Positions 1 through 11,847 are shown, counted from the first letter of the stretch. The stretch: DNA of 64,000 nucleotides from Octopus sinensis (GCF_006345805.1 NC_042998.1:10106001-10170000), one strand, 5' to 3'. Numbers and translations are program-made. Notes: a model not told the origin generated them from the sequence alone.

Positions 1-284
1 ACAAACAGCAATAAAAAATGAACTGAAATGGTTTGTATAAAATAGTCTGTGTATTGAATACAATATCTTAAAGGAAGCGTGATGTTTGCTTTGAAACGAC
101 AACAAATGTTTTGAGAAATTAAAAGGACATACGTTGTATTTGCAGATAGAAATGTTGCTACAATTTTCTGCAAAATTGCACGTAGGCCGCAAGTTACTTA
201 TAAAAGGAATCATTATTCATATTTCACAATAAAAAAATAAACCGCTCCTCTCAAATGTCCTTGACCTCGCAACTAAATTTTTTT

Positions 285-498
285 TTCTTACTATAGGCAC
301 AAAGCCTGAGAGGTTGCGGGAGGAGGCTAGTGGACTACGTCAACCCCAGTGCTCAACTGGTACTTATTTTATCGATCCCGAAAGATTGACCGGCATAGCT
401 GACCTGAGAGACATTTCAACTCAGGACGTAAAAACCCGGAAGAAATTCCACTACGCATTTTGTCCGGCGCGCAAACGGTTCTGCCAATTCGCCGCCTT
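285..498 (-). mobile_element. SINE family A, diverged copy
   Basis: Reverse complement of the family-A head and core, with the second (cctag/aaaag-type) tail. Confidence 0.6.
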
Positions 499-502
499 TA
501 CA

Positions 503-799
503 TCTTTATATATAAAAGTGAAGTTGTGTGTCTTTCTCCTACGATTTAGATTCCTAACTACTCCCACATTTTGCGGTGCAGTTTAACCAAAACCGGGTAT
601 CTTATAGTCGTGATTCATATCGAGCCCTTCTGTGTATTAGCGCGCGTCTACGATGAGTCTACGATTTAAAAAAAAATTACCATCATTTTTCCGCATTTTT
701 AATGATTTTTGCTCGGTTATATAAGGGAAGTAACTCTCTAAAAATGCTTATATAGTTATTTCCCTTACAAACCCGAGCAACGCCGGGCGATACTGCTAG
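503..799 (+). mobile_element. Non-autonomous Helitron, family H1
   Basis: A|TC 5' end (TCTTTATATATAAAAG), 3' GC-rich hairpin cccgagcaacgccggg then CTAG|T, no TSD. Five copies in the window. Confidence 0.85.
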
Positions 800-1038
800 T
801 TGTCACTAAATGACGACTTCCTTCATCTCCCTCGCTATCCTCCGGGGTATCGCCTTTTCCATTTTGTTTGCTGGTGCCATGAGAAATCTTTCTATAATGT
901 GAGAGGCACTAACACAATACATCTAGAAATTCTATCTTTTCACCCTTATTCTTTATTATTTTCCTTATCCACATTTTTAAACCTTCCTTACCATTCTTTG
1001 TTTAACATGTCTATTATTAACGTTATATTTCCTTATCC

Positions 1039-1639
1039 AGGCGGCAAGCTGGCAGAAACGTTCGCACGCCGGGCGAAATGCTTAGCAGTATTATTTCGAC
1101 TGCCGCTACATTCTGGGTTCAAATTCCGCCGAGGTCGACTTTGCCTTTCATGCTTTCGGGGTCGATAAATTAAGTACCAGTTACGCACTGGGGTCGATAT
1201 AATCGACTTAATCTGTGTCAGTCCTTGTTTGTCCTCTCTGTGTTTAGCCCCTTGTGGGTAGTAAAGAAATAGGTATTTCGTCTGCCGTTACGTTCTGAGT
1301 TCAAATTCCGCCAAGGTCGACTTTGCCTTTCATGCTTTCGGGGTCGATTAAATAAGTACCAGTTACGCACTGGGGTCGATATAATCGACTTAATCTGTGT
1401 GTCAGTCCTTGTTTGTCCTCTCTGTGTTTAGCCCCTTGTGGGTAGTAAAGAAATAGGTATTTCGTCTGCCGTTACGTTCTAAGTTCAAATTCCGCCGAGG
1501 TCGACTTTGCCTTTCATGCTTTCGGGGTCGATAAATTAAGTACCAGTTACTCACTGGGGTCGATGTAACCGACTTAATCCGTTTGTCTGTCCTTGTTTGT
1601 CCCCTCAGTGTTTAGCCCCTTGTGGGTAGTAAAGAAATA
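1039..1639 (+). mobile_element. SINE family A, head plus three tandem units
   Basis: A-box-like TGGCAGAAACG and B-box GTTCAAATTCC; three roughly 185-bp units; 15-bp TSD tatatttccttatcc at 1024-1038 and 1640-1654. Confidence 0.9.
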
Positions 1640-1690
1640 TATATTTCCTTATCCCACTTGTGTGGTTTGATAAGTAGATTTTAAAATAGC

Positions 1691-1930
1691 GTGAAGGCGC
1701 ATGGCCCAATGGTTAGGGTGTTGCACACATGATCGTTAGACTGTGGGTTCGATTCACAGACTGGGCGCCGCGTCATGCTGTTGAGCAAAACACTTCATTT
1801 CACGTTGCTCCAGTTCCCCTTTTTATCGGAAGGGAATGCTGGCCTGCTCACCTAGCCAGCAGGGTGGCACCATCCGAAGACTAAAAACAATGCAAAGCAC
1901 ATTGAGGCCAGCAATGATTAACAGCGTCTG
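1691..1930 (+). mobile_element. Old tRNA-derived SINE
   Basis: Head ggcgcatggcccaatggttaggg...ggttcgattc with A and B boxes, followed by a degenerate gagcaaaacactt core. Confidence 0.55.
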
Positions 1931-2001
1931 TTAGTCTGATCAGTCACGTGGCCACTTTAAAATCGATAATTGTACTTTGATAATGCTTTAACCCATTCAA
2001 G

Positions 2002-2048
2002 CTAAATAACAACACCAACAACAACTACTACTACTACTACAGCTGCTG

Positions 2049-2095
<47 letters not shown>

Positions 2096-2114
2096 GTTGC
2101 TGCTGCTGCTGCTG

Positions 2115-2170
<56 letters not shown>

Positions 2171-2204
2171 ACTACTACTACTACTGCTGCTACTACAGCT
2201 GCTG

Positions 2205-2272
<68 letters not shown>

Positions 2273-2303
2273 ACTACTACTACTACCACTACTACTGCTG
2301 CTG

Positions 2304-2343
<40 letters not shown>

Positions 2344-2355
2344 AACTACTACTAG

Positions 2356-2386
<31 letters not shown>

Positions 2387-2516
2387 GCTGCTGCTGCTAC
2401 TACTACTACGACTACTAATACTGCTGCTGCTGCTGCTACTACTACTACGACTACTAATACTGCTGCTGCTGCTGCTACTACTACTACGACTACTAATACT
2501 GCTGCTGCTGCTACTA

Positions 2517-2572
<56 letters not shown>

Positions 2573-2573
2573 G
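2002..2573. repeat. Compound (CTA)n/(CTG)n trinucleotide microsatellite
   Basis: Directly visible; includes three copies of a roughly 39-bp higher-order unit at about 2395-2510. Confidence 0.97.
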
Positions 2574-2664
2574 TTTAGAATCCCTAAGCGCAGGAACTAT
2601 TTACCTGTGCAGCAACCTTTTCTTTACACAGTATATCGTTTCATAAGTTTTCTTGGCAAAAGTA

Positions 2665-2810
2665 TAAATTACACAGGCGCAGAAAAAGGTTGTTGGCTGG
2701 GATGTAAGAAGTTTGTTTCACAACCAAGTGGTTTCGAGTTCAGTTCTACAGCGTGGCGTTTTTGGCAAGCATCTTCTACTAGAGCCCCAGGCCGACCAAA
2801 GCCCCAAAAA
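2665..2810 (+). mobile_element. SINE family C, diverged 5' fragment
   Basis: Resembles the family-C head (caaccaagtggtttcgagttcagttc...ggcaagcatcttctactagagccccaggccgacc). Confidence 0.5.
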
Positions 2811-2829
2811 TTCTATATATCTGTCAGTC

Positions 2830-2834
2830 GGTCT

Positions 2835-2872
<38 letters not shown>

Positions 2873-2906
2873 TAATCAATCCATCCATCCATCCATCCAT
2901 CCATCC

Positions 2907-2970
<64 letters not shown>

Positions 2971-3015
2971 GTCTGTCTATCCATCCATCCTTCCATCCAT
3001 CCATACATACATACA
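2830..3015. repeat. Compound tetranucleotide microsatellite (ATCA/ATCC/ATCT/ATAC)
   Basis: Directly visible. Confidence 0.95.
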
Positions 3016-3349
3016 CACACCGATTTCAGTCAATCTGACTTCCAGTTAAACACCAATACCTAAACCAACATTAAAATAAATATCATCTGTTATGCTATTC
3101 TCACGCATTAAAATATCTTTCGATGACTTGCACATAAATTGCTCTTCTTTAGTGGCAAACAGCTTACTTGTTGATCCGTGCTGTTATCTGCAAACCGATA
3201 ATAAATCGTTCCTATTCACGGTGAACAGCGACAATCAAAGCGATGACTTCCATATTTATATGTTCCGACAGATTCGAATTATAAAATGCTTATCGCTGTT
3301 TTGTTTCGAGTAGCATTTTCGTGTTGGAATCTGCCAGTATTTTGTGCCA

Positions 3350-3535
3350 GTCCTCCTCCTCCTCCTCCTCCCCCTCCTCCTCCTCCCCCTCCCTCCTCCT
3401 CTTCCTCCCGCCCTCCTCCTCCTCTTCCCGTCGTCGTCGTCGTTGTTGTTGTTCCTCTTTCTTCTTCTTCTTCTTCTTCTTCTTCTTCTTCTTCTTCTTC
3501 TTCTTCTTCTTCTTCTTTCTTCTTCTTCTTCTTCA
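3350..3535. repeat. Compound (CCT)/(GTC)/(GTT)/(CTT) microsatellite
   Basis: Directly visible. Confidence 0.95.
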
Positions 3536-3537
3536 AT

Positions 3538-3750
3538 AAGGCGGTGAGCTGGCAGAATCGTCAGCAAGCCTGGTAAAATGCTTAGCGGCATTTCGTTTGC
3601 CTTTACGTTCTGAGTTGAAATTCCGCCGAGGTCTACTTTGCCTTTCACCATTTTGGGATCGATAAAATAAGTACCAGCTGAGTAATGGGGCCGATGTAAT
3701 CGACTTACCCCCATCCCTGAAATTGCTGGCCTTGTTCCAAAATTTGAAAG
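3538..3750 (+). mobile_element. SINE family A, diverged monomer
   Basis: Head ggcggtgagctggcagaatcg, core gaggtctactttgcctttcacc; ends about 30 bp before the exon A acceptor. Confidence 0.75.
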
Positions 3751-3781
3751 TATTTCATTGCCTAATTTGTTTTCTCAACAG

Positions 3782-4148
3782 ATGCCCACCTCAAGCCAAG
3801 CATTAATTCTACTCAATGTAGACAATCCGAATCCTTTAGACCAGCATATACCCCAGATCAACCAGTTCCAGTCGTCTGTAAGGAGAAATTCTGACCACAC
3901 AAACCAGCCACTGAATTCTTCTCCAGAGAGTTCTCCATATTGCCTTCATCGGTTATCACCCTCCAAATCAGAATATTTTGGTCCCACCAAATGTAACCCT
4001 ACTTGTTCGGCCGACAATATGCAACCCTCCAAAACTTCTTTATATTCTTCTCTAGAGTTCTTGTATCAGCGTGAGCCCTCGACTGCTATTCAGAAACATG
4101 ATCCGACAAAAGCATCATTGCGAATCAGTAACACAAGCTCTTTGTCAG
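3782..4148 (+). CDS. Exon A of a spliced uncharacterized gene; Ser/Pro/Asn-rich region MPTSSQ...SSLS
   Basis: Acceptor tttctcaacag|ATG at 3781/3782, open frame for 367 nt, donor tcag|gtaagt at 4148/4149 (phase 1) matching the phase of the exon at 8815. Upstream exons were not identified. Confidence 0.6.
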
Positions 4149-4518
4149 GTAAGTTGGAAATATCTAAAGGTAAGTTTGAGAGAACAAGTATTTCTGTTCT
4201 GGAAAGGCGTGTTTTTGCCATCTACAATGGACTTTTCATTAGCATTTTTGGGAACCAAATTTCTATTGATTTTTCATTTAGTAAGTGAAAACTTCTTGAT
4301 ATATGTAGACAATAAAAAACAATTTGTTAAAAGAAGTTGCTAGATAACAATCCAGCATTCTTGTTCTTTTTTGAAAAAGTTCAAGGCTGTATAGAACATA
4401 TTCTAAATGTGAAAACAATTTGAGCCGAAATTGAATCTGTAGTTCATCTATTGATTTACACACACACGCATCAGTTTGATTTAGAAAAGAACTTGAAATA
4501 ACGTTAATTCTATATCTA

Positions 4519-4748
4519 TTTCTTTACTACCCACAAGGGGCTAAACATAGAGGGGACAAACAAAGGCAGACAAAGGGATTAAGTCGATTACATCGATCCC
4601 AGTGCGAAACTGGTACTTAATTTATCGACCCTAAAAGGATGAAAGGCAAAGTCGACCTCGGCGGAATTTGAACTCAGAACGTAAGAGCAGACGAAATACG
4701 GCTACGCATTTCGCCCGGCGTGCTAACGGTTCTGCCAGCTCGCCGCAC
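4519..4748 (-). mobile_element. SINE family A monomer
   Basis: Full reverse-complement match to the family-A head, core and tail. Confidence 0.88.
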
Positions 4749-4772
4749 TTGCTAGACTCATATGTTCTCTCT

Positions 4773-5192
4773 ATACTCTTTTACTTGTTTCAGTCATTTG
4801 ACTGCGGCCATGCTGGAGCACCGCCTTTAGTCGAGCAAATCGACCCCGAGACTTATTCTTTGTAAGCTCAGTACATATTCTATCGGTCGATTTTGCCGAA
4901 CCGCTAAGTGACGGGGACGTAAACACACCAGCATCGGTTGTCAAGCAATGCTAGGGGGACAAACACACACAAACACACACACACACACACATACATACGC
5001 ACACACACATATATATATATACATATATACGACAGGCTTCTTTCAGTCTCCGTCTACCAAATCCACTCACAAGGCATTGGTCGGCCCGGGGCTATAGCAG
5101 AAGACACTTGCCCAAGATGCCACGCAGTGGGACTGAACCCGGAACCATGTGGTTGGTTAGCAAGCTACTTACCACACAGCCACTCCTGCGCT
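4773..5192 (-). mobile_element. SINE family C with internal (CA)/(TA) microsatellite
   Basis: tRNA-like head (taggcgcaggagtggctgtgtggtaag), CORE-like ttgggcaagtgtctt, (gagtaaaa)-type tail; several copies in the window. Confidence 0.88.
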
Positions 5193-5829
5193 TATGGGTT
5201 ACAAATTATCTAAATATTTTAGAGTATAGCTAAAAATATATTCTTGACTGATGTGTTTGAGTGGAATTTTGCAGGTGGAAACTGTGCAGAAGCTCTTTAT
5301 ATGAACCTTTCCACAGTCATGAAATTGAAACAAATAGAGGAATGAAATAATGGAATAAAATACTTGGAGTCTCAGCCGCTTGTATGTAATTCATTCCATC
5401 TTCGTAGTTGACGTTCGTTTATACATCGGATCACTTTGGGAAACATTGCAATGTCAGATAAACCTGAAAGAAGTTTATCACTGCATAACTACATTCGTGG
5501 CGAATTCCTGAGAAAACAAACAGGACGTGATTAATGTGCTTAATTGACAGTTTAATATGGCATAAAACCATTCGTATTTCGGCTTGAGAGAAGAAAGGTG
5601 CAACTGTAAATTGGATAAATGATGACGTTTGCGCAGCAAACAAAAAATGAATATGTTCAATTACCAGCAGCTGTTCGTTGCTATTTTCTTCAACCACATA
5701 TCGATGTTTGCAAATTAGGTTAAATCTATAAAAGAAAGTATATTTAGCGTTGCACATGCAGGATCTATGTTTTCTTCCTACAATTTACACACTTGCTAAA
5801 TTAAATAAGACCAAAGATCTTATATAGAA

Positions 5830-6231
5830 CTAGCAGTATCGCCCGGCGTTGCTAGGGTTTGTAAGGGAAATAACTATATAAGCATTTTTAGAGAGTTATA
5901 GCCAAAAAATAGCAAAAAAATGCATTAAAAATGGAAAAAAGATGATGGTAAATTTTTTTTTAAATCGTTGACTCGTTGTAGACATTTTTAGAGAGTTACT
6001 TCCCTTATATAATAGCGAAAAAATGCATTAAAATGGAAAAAAATTATGGTAATTTTTTTTGTTAAATCGTAGACTCATCGTAGACGCGCGCTAATACCCA
6101 GAAGGGCTCGATATGAATCACGACTATAAGATACCCGGTTTTGGTTACACTGCACCGCAAAATGTGGGAGTAATTAGGAATCTAAATCGTAGGAGACAGA
6201 CAGCACACAACTTCACTTTTATATATAAAGA
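5830..6231 (-). mobile_element. Non-autonomous Helitron H1 with internal duplication
   Basis: TC...CTAG termini between A and T, hairpin present, internal segment duplicated relative to the copy at 503. Confidence 0.85.
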
Positions 6232-6564
6232 TTATAACGTAGAATTAGAGGTGTGGGTTCTTTGTGGTGGAGTGGCGAGCAAAATATCCTGCGGTAATTA
6301 GTCACGTTTCTTTTTATTCTGAGACCAAATCCCTCTAAATCAACTTTACCTCTTATCCTTCTAGAATGGTTTTTAACCCTTAAACAGAAGACATTACCAA
6401 TTGAAGTTTCAAAGATTGTATATGAACACTGCCGTCGTCAAAAGAAAGTGAATATTTGACAGCACTTTTCGATTATGAGATTGCGAATTTCATTGTGCGA
6501 GACACTAACAATTCCTATTGCTTTTGTACTTATTTAAAGTGAAAATGAATGTAAAGATTATGTA

Positions 6565-6926
6565 AGGTATACTAGCCATCTCAATATGGCTAACCACTAA
6601 GGGTGGGTGTTACTGCAGCTTGCTTGCATACAGTTTTTCGAGATCAGTGACGAAAAGTTACTGGAAAAACGATATAAAGATTTGCATTGGGACCCCCTTC
6701 ATCGACAACCGGTGACTGCCGTACGCTGAAGACAGGCAAATACCTAGAAACTGCAGTCCGTGCGTGTCACCTAGGTTGACGAGGGAGGGATGACCTCCCT
6801 TTGCAAATGCCATAAGGGCAGAGAAAGTGTGCCTAAAGCCAGCAGGAGACGATGATCTCCTGGGGCTAAAAGCTACAGTAACACCCACCCTTAGTGGTTA
6901 GCCATATTGAGATGGCTAGTATACCT
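6565..6926. mobile_element. MITE with roughly 57-bp terminal inverted repeats (Tc1/mariner-type TA site)
   Basis: TA|AGGTATACTAGCCATCTCAATATGGCTAACCACTAAGGGTGGGTGTTAC and its inverse ending GTATACCT|TA. Related TIR pieces at about 26455-26515 and 54988-55044. Confidence 0.8.
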
Positions 6927-7249
6927 TACTAGCAGTTACTGTTTACATCTCGTTCAGAGATTTATTATTGAATGTAAAAATTACCTTTCTGAAAAAGATA
7001 CATTTTTTCGTTTTTTGCCTGTTAAGCACACACATTCATGCAACTCATTCCCACCGTTAAGTGTTAAGGAACAACAGTAATGTCACTGTTACAGGTTCTC
7101 GGTTGGTCAGTCACTGATTCATTATATTTCTTACGCCGATGGTCATAGAGAATAGTCTGTACAACTCGGACAGAATAAATCCTTTTTTATTGGAAAGCAT
7201 GGGTTTTCGTGTTTTCTCGCCGATCTTTTACATCTTTCACCAATACACT

Positions 7250-7440
7250 TTGGATAAGAGGCATACACACACGGTATCAAGCTTCCGCACAGTTTCCATC
7301 TACTAAATTCCACCCACAAGACACTGGCTATCTTGCGTTTATGGTAAAAGACACTTGTTTGGGGTGCTGTGCAGTGGAATTGAATCCTGAACAATGTGGT
7401 TGCAAGCCAAGCACCTTAGCCATACATCCATATCTACGAC
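7250..7440 (-). mobile_element. SINE family C, diverged 5' half
   Basis: Degenerate match: tccgcacagtttccatctactaaattcc...aagacacttg...aatcctgaaacaatgtggttgcaag. Confidence 0.5.
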
Positions 7441-7750
7441 CATGCACAACTAATGTTCTTATATGAGTAGCATATTACATAGCATCTTAATACGTATTTC
7501 TCGAAACATAAGGCTTTCATGTTTAGTCAAATAAACACCAACATTATGATGAGTCACTCAAGAAACCGTGATTAATTTATCATTCCCAGATTTTGGCTTC
7601 AACTCCGTCGCTATTTACCTTTTGAGATTGAAGTTAATGTCACGGCAGTACAATTTGTTTTTTCCAAATATATCTGACGTTTGATATCGAAGAAAGAAAT
7701 CAGTATATATCTGAAGAACTGCAGTAAGTTGACAGAAATGGTTCAGCAAT

Positions 7751-8350
7751 AAGGTGGCGAGCTGGCAGAAACGTTAGCACGCTGGGCGAAATGCGTAGCG
7801 GTATTTCGTCTGTCGTTACGTTCTGAGTTCAATTTCCGCCGGGGTCGACTTTGCCTTTCATCCTCTCGGGGTCGATAAATAAAGTACCAGTTACGCACTG
7901 GGGTCGATGTAATCGACTTAATACCTATGTCTGTCCTTGTTTGTCCCCTCTGTGTGTAGCCCCTTGTGGGTAATAAAGAAATAGGTATTTCGTCTGCCGT
8001 TACGTTCTGAGTTCGAATTCCGCCGAGGTCGACTTTCCCTTTCATCCTTTCGGGGTCGATTAAATAAGTACCATTTACACATTGGGGTCGATATAATCGA
8101 ATTAATCCGTTTGTCTGTTCTTGTTTGTCCCCTCTGTGTTTAGCCCCTTGTGTGTAGTAAAGAAATAGGTATTTCGTCTGCCGCTACGTTCTGAGTTCGA
8201 ATTCCGCCGAGGTTAACATTGCCTTTCATCCTTTCGGGGTCGATTAAATAAGTACCAGTTACGCACTGGGGTCGATGTAATCGACTTAATCCGTTTGTCT
8301 GTCCTTATTTGTTCCATCTGTGTGTAGACCCTTGTGGGCTGTAAAGAAAT
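7751..8350 (+). mobile_element. SINE family A, head plus three tandem units
   Basis: Same architecture as 1039-1639; degenerate TSD agaaatggttcagca / agaaacggtcaagca. Confidence 0.88.
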
Positions 8351-8399
8351 AAGAAACGGTCAAGCATTGGATTAAATATTTTACATTATTTAAATCTGT

Positions 8400-8526
8400 T
8401 CCGAGGTCGACTTTGTCTTTCAGCCTTTCGGGGTCGATAAATTAAGTAACAGTTGCGTACTGAGTCGGTCTAATCGACTGGCCCCTTCCCCAAAAAATTT
8501 CTGGTCTTGTGCCTGGAGTAGAAAAG
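8400..8526 (+). mobile_element. 5'-truncated SINE A with second tail type
   Basis: 15-bp TSD attatttaaatctgt at 8385-8399 and 8527-8541. Confidence 0.8.
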
Positions 8527-8814
8527 ATTATTTAAATCTGTCCCTCTGTGTTCTGATTCTGAATATTGCAAGATCAACTTTTCCTTTCATCCTTTCGGTA
8601 TTGATAACACACGTACCAATAGTATACTAGAATTGATTTTTTAACTGTTCGCTTCGTTTAAACAACTAGTCTTGTGTTTGATTACAGAGTAAACTTTATG
8701 TTTGTGATAGATTTTGATAATTTAAGATTATACAACTAAATAATGAGCTGTATTGTTTAGTTTTGATCTCATATTAAAGAATTATTGATGAAAAACTTGA
8801 ATCTTCTTTTTCAG

Positions 8815-9490
8815 GCAGAAACATATTTGATCCAAAACTTTGTTGCTCCAGGACAGATGATAAAAATCTAATTTATTTGATGCCAAAGACAGCTCAACTC
8901 CATTATTTCACCGCTGGTCGATATTTTTCCCGTCTGCCGCGATCCTTTACTGAGAATTCATTCTATGAACAACGTTCTTACAATCAAAGTCAAATGAACT
9001 TGACAAGTGATCAAAATCCCGTAGAAGTAGTAAAACCTGTTCTTGAAATTCGCAAATCTCAACAATTTCACAAGCCATTACAGTCACTGAATGCTCTGCA
9101 CAATAATATGACATTGATGTCTCTAAATACAGACAGTTATCAACAGTCTTCAATTGATTCTCTCTCTTCTTATGAAGAAAATGCTAATAATTTAATCCAG
9201 CGCTTGCGTAGTCTTGGTTTTCGACCTTACGGAACTTGGAGTTCCGATAATAGAGATGAAAAACAGACGATAGCGAAAGATTTTACCGCCAACGAATCAA
9301 TAATTCCGATTTCATGTAGAGATGCTGCTGAAAATGATATAATCTCCGAAAAGATTTATTCTTTAAATGGAAACAAAGTTGGTCCAAGGTTTGTTCATTC
9401 CAGTCTTACATTTTCTTCATTAAACAATAACGAAGAGACTAAGTATGCTTCATTTCTTGATACTTCTTTGATTGTGGTCTTAAAAGCAAG
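8815..9490 (+). CDS. Exon B of the same gene; Ser/Asn/Gln-rich region (G)RNIFDPKLCC...
   Basis: Acceptor tcttttttcag|GC (phase 1), open through ORF 8877-9500. Two phase-2 donors: ccaag|gtttgt (9388) and gcaag|gtgtaa (9490); either joins exon C in frame. Confidence 0.65.
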
Positions 9491-9924
9491 GTGTAACTAG
9501 GTTATATTTTAATGGAAGGCAGGTATCAATTGGTAGTGTTTAATTATTTATAATAATTGATTTTCTAAAAGTTTTTATTAAAGGGTTCCTAAACTTGTAA
9601 TTTTTGATTCTATCTTAAGTCAAGTAAGTTGACCAACTCTCTTCACTTAGTATTCCACTTACTATGAAAAAGCATAAACATCAGAATGGCATTAACAAAA
9701 GAAATACCACGAAGAGTTTCTGCCCACGTCCCCTACGTTAGGAGCAAAAAATCTAGGCGTAGTAAATACGCAAACTCATGTTACTTGGTTTCATAAATAT
9801 ACAAATTATTAAAGTAACTTCCTCTTGGATAACTTCGTGAAAGTTAAGTGCCATATTAAATTAATGAATGCCGAATACCTCCATATTGCGTCTATATTGG
9901 CGTTCCTCTTTTTTTGTTTTTTAG

Positions 9925-10525
9925 ATGCTTGCAAGTGAAAATTGCAACCGGACTTTCTGTGAGTGAAGAAGAAATTAAAAAACAACTAATGTGGTACGAT
10001 GAGAATGGTATCGAACAAGAGAAAGTAGAAAAACTTGTATCTGATATAAAATCGAAACTGCGTAGTAAAAAGACGAAAGCTCCGACAATCCGTATGCGTA
10101 AGACGCTTCCAGAGTCACAGCCGTTGACCATTTGCTTTGCTTGTGACTCTGACCTTCAGATAACTCATGAAGATATTAAACGTGAATTAGAATCTCAGTA
10201 CCCCGAGGTTATGCTACTCAGTCTTCGATTCGATCCCGTATCAGTGGCTGTTGGTAACTCTCATACGAAAAATAGATGGGTTGTTTGTGTAAGTAACAAT
10301 GAAGACTTCCAGTCGTTAGTAAAAGGTGGCGTAACTATTGCAGGAAGTGATCGAATCACAGTGAAACCGTTCGATGCTGTAATGTTAGAGGAACACAACG
10401 CTTATAAACTCCACCAATATGTGAAGGAAGCGAAAGCTATGATTGCGAGATCGAAAGATGAACGCACGAAACAAGCAAAGAAACTAAAGAACAAAAGAAT
10501 AAAGTTTAAAATAAAAGTCACGTGA
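9925..10525 (+). CDS. Terminal exon C; globular domain resembling the RRM-type region of LINE ORF1p, then a basic tail
   Basis: Strong acceptor ttttttgttttttag|A (phase 2), an intact frame of about 200 codons to TGA at 10523-10525, and AATAAA 41 nt later. The domain call rests on the pattern ICF..ITHEDIK..L..YP..NRWVVCV..LVKGGVTI.G..ITVKPFD..EE..Y and is an inference. Confidence 0.8.
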
Positions 10526-10565
10526 ATATAGAACGGTGAGTGAAATCAAATTACGAATGACCTTT

Positions 10566-10571
10566 AATAAA
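10566..10571 (+). terminator. Candidate polyadenylation signal AATAAA
   Basis: Canonical hexamer shortly after the exon C stop, with T-rich sequence downstream. Confidence 0.45.
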
Positions 10572-11094
10572 AACTTTGCTTTTGAAGCGTTTTTTGTGAA
10601 ATTACAAAATTTCAGTAAAAAGCTGGCTTAAAAAATTAATTCTGGAAGGTTAAAAATTCCATTTTTCTAAAGCCTTTGGGTTAAATCTTTCGAACACTGC
10701 ACGAATCAATTGTATTGTTCTCTTGTTACCTTTAGTGAGTCGCAAGCTACCATAATCTCTTTATTTTGATTATGATGTTATATTGTTGTCTCTGGCTTCG
10801 TTTACTCTCGTAGGTAACCTGAATTTTTGTCCTATAATGTAATTTGTATTCCCAAGTAATAAGAATTGAATATATACTACTGCGACAGAATGAACTTGAA
10901 AATATTGTAGTATTTCTGGTACTTAATATAGTTGTGTATCTAAAGTTGGTACACTAAATAATAAAGTTAGGTAGATTTCTTCACCTTATCTTGACCGTTT
11001 TCTTACGATGATAAATGACCATGAGGTCATTTATCATTATTATCGATATCAATATGTGGTGATATTGTCAGGTAATATAACATACTGGTTTATA

Positions 11095-11235
11095 AGGCGG
11101 TGGGCTGGCAGAATCATTAGCACGCCAGGCAAAATGCTTTGTGGCATTTCGTCCGTCTTTACGTTCAAATTCAGCCGAGGTCGACTTTGCCTTTCATTGC
11201 TTTCAGAGTCGATAAAATGAGTGCCAGTTGTGTTC
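11095..11235 (+). mobile_element. SINE family A, partial diverged copy
   Basis: Head and core match; 3' end missing. Confidence 0.65.
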
Positions 11236-11554
11236 TGTCATGGAAATAATTGGCTTAGCACGTCCTTCGACTTTACCTAGACACACAATAACTATATTTT
11301 CAGAAGAAGGATGTCGTCACATTGATACTTTTCTCAAGAGTATTTGCGGTAGTAGCGAAATGATATGACTTTTATCAAGAATAGAAAGTTCGTTGCGAAA
11401 TATTTTCTACCCTTGTCCCTACCTCGTCTATGCCTAAAAATTACATTATATGTGATAATTATTACCTTCTTGTCAGTCTAGTTGTAGAACGAAACCATAT
11501 TCAAAATTATTTGACATTTTTACTTAAATTTGGTAGATCTCTGACGTAGTTTAC

Positions 11555-11814
11555 ACTTTTACTCTTTTACTTGTTTCAGTCATTTGACTGTGGCCATGCT
11601 GGAGCACCGCCTTTAGTCGACCAAATCGACCCCAGGACTTATTCTTTGGAAGCCTAGTACTTATTCTATCGGTCTCTTTGCCGAACCGCTAAGTTACGGG
11701 GACGTAAACACACCAGCATCGGTTGTCTAGCGATGTTTTTTGGGGTGGGGGTGGGTGGGACAAACACAGACACACAAACATATACACACATACATACATA
11801 CATACATACATACA

Positions 11815-11847
<33 letters not shown>

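Noticed and set aside
1039-1639. Regularly spaced repeats resembling a CRISPR-like array
   Set aside because: The units are contiguous 185-bp SINE segments with no unique spacers, lie in eukaryotic DNA and are enclosed by a TSD.
2002-3576. Poly-Leu/Val/Ser/Pro/Glu ORFs in the track (also 17758, 25000, 49250, 53272, 62096-63399)
   Set aside because: They are translations of microsatellites.
5275-5345. Alternative terminal exon after tttgcag (GGNCAEALYMNLSTVMKLKQIEE*) in phase with exon A
   Set aside because: The polypyrimidine tract is weak and the peptide is short and uninformative; cannot be supported without RNA data.
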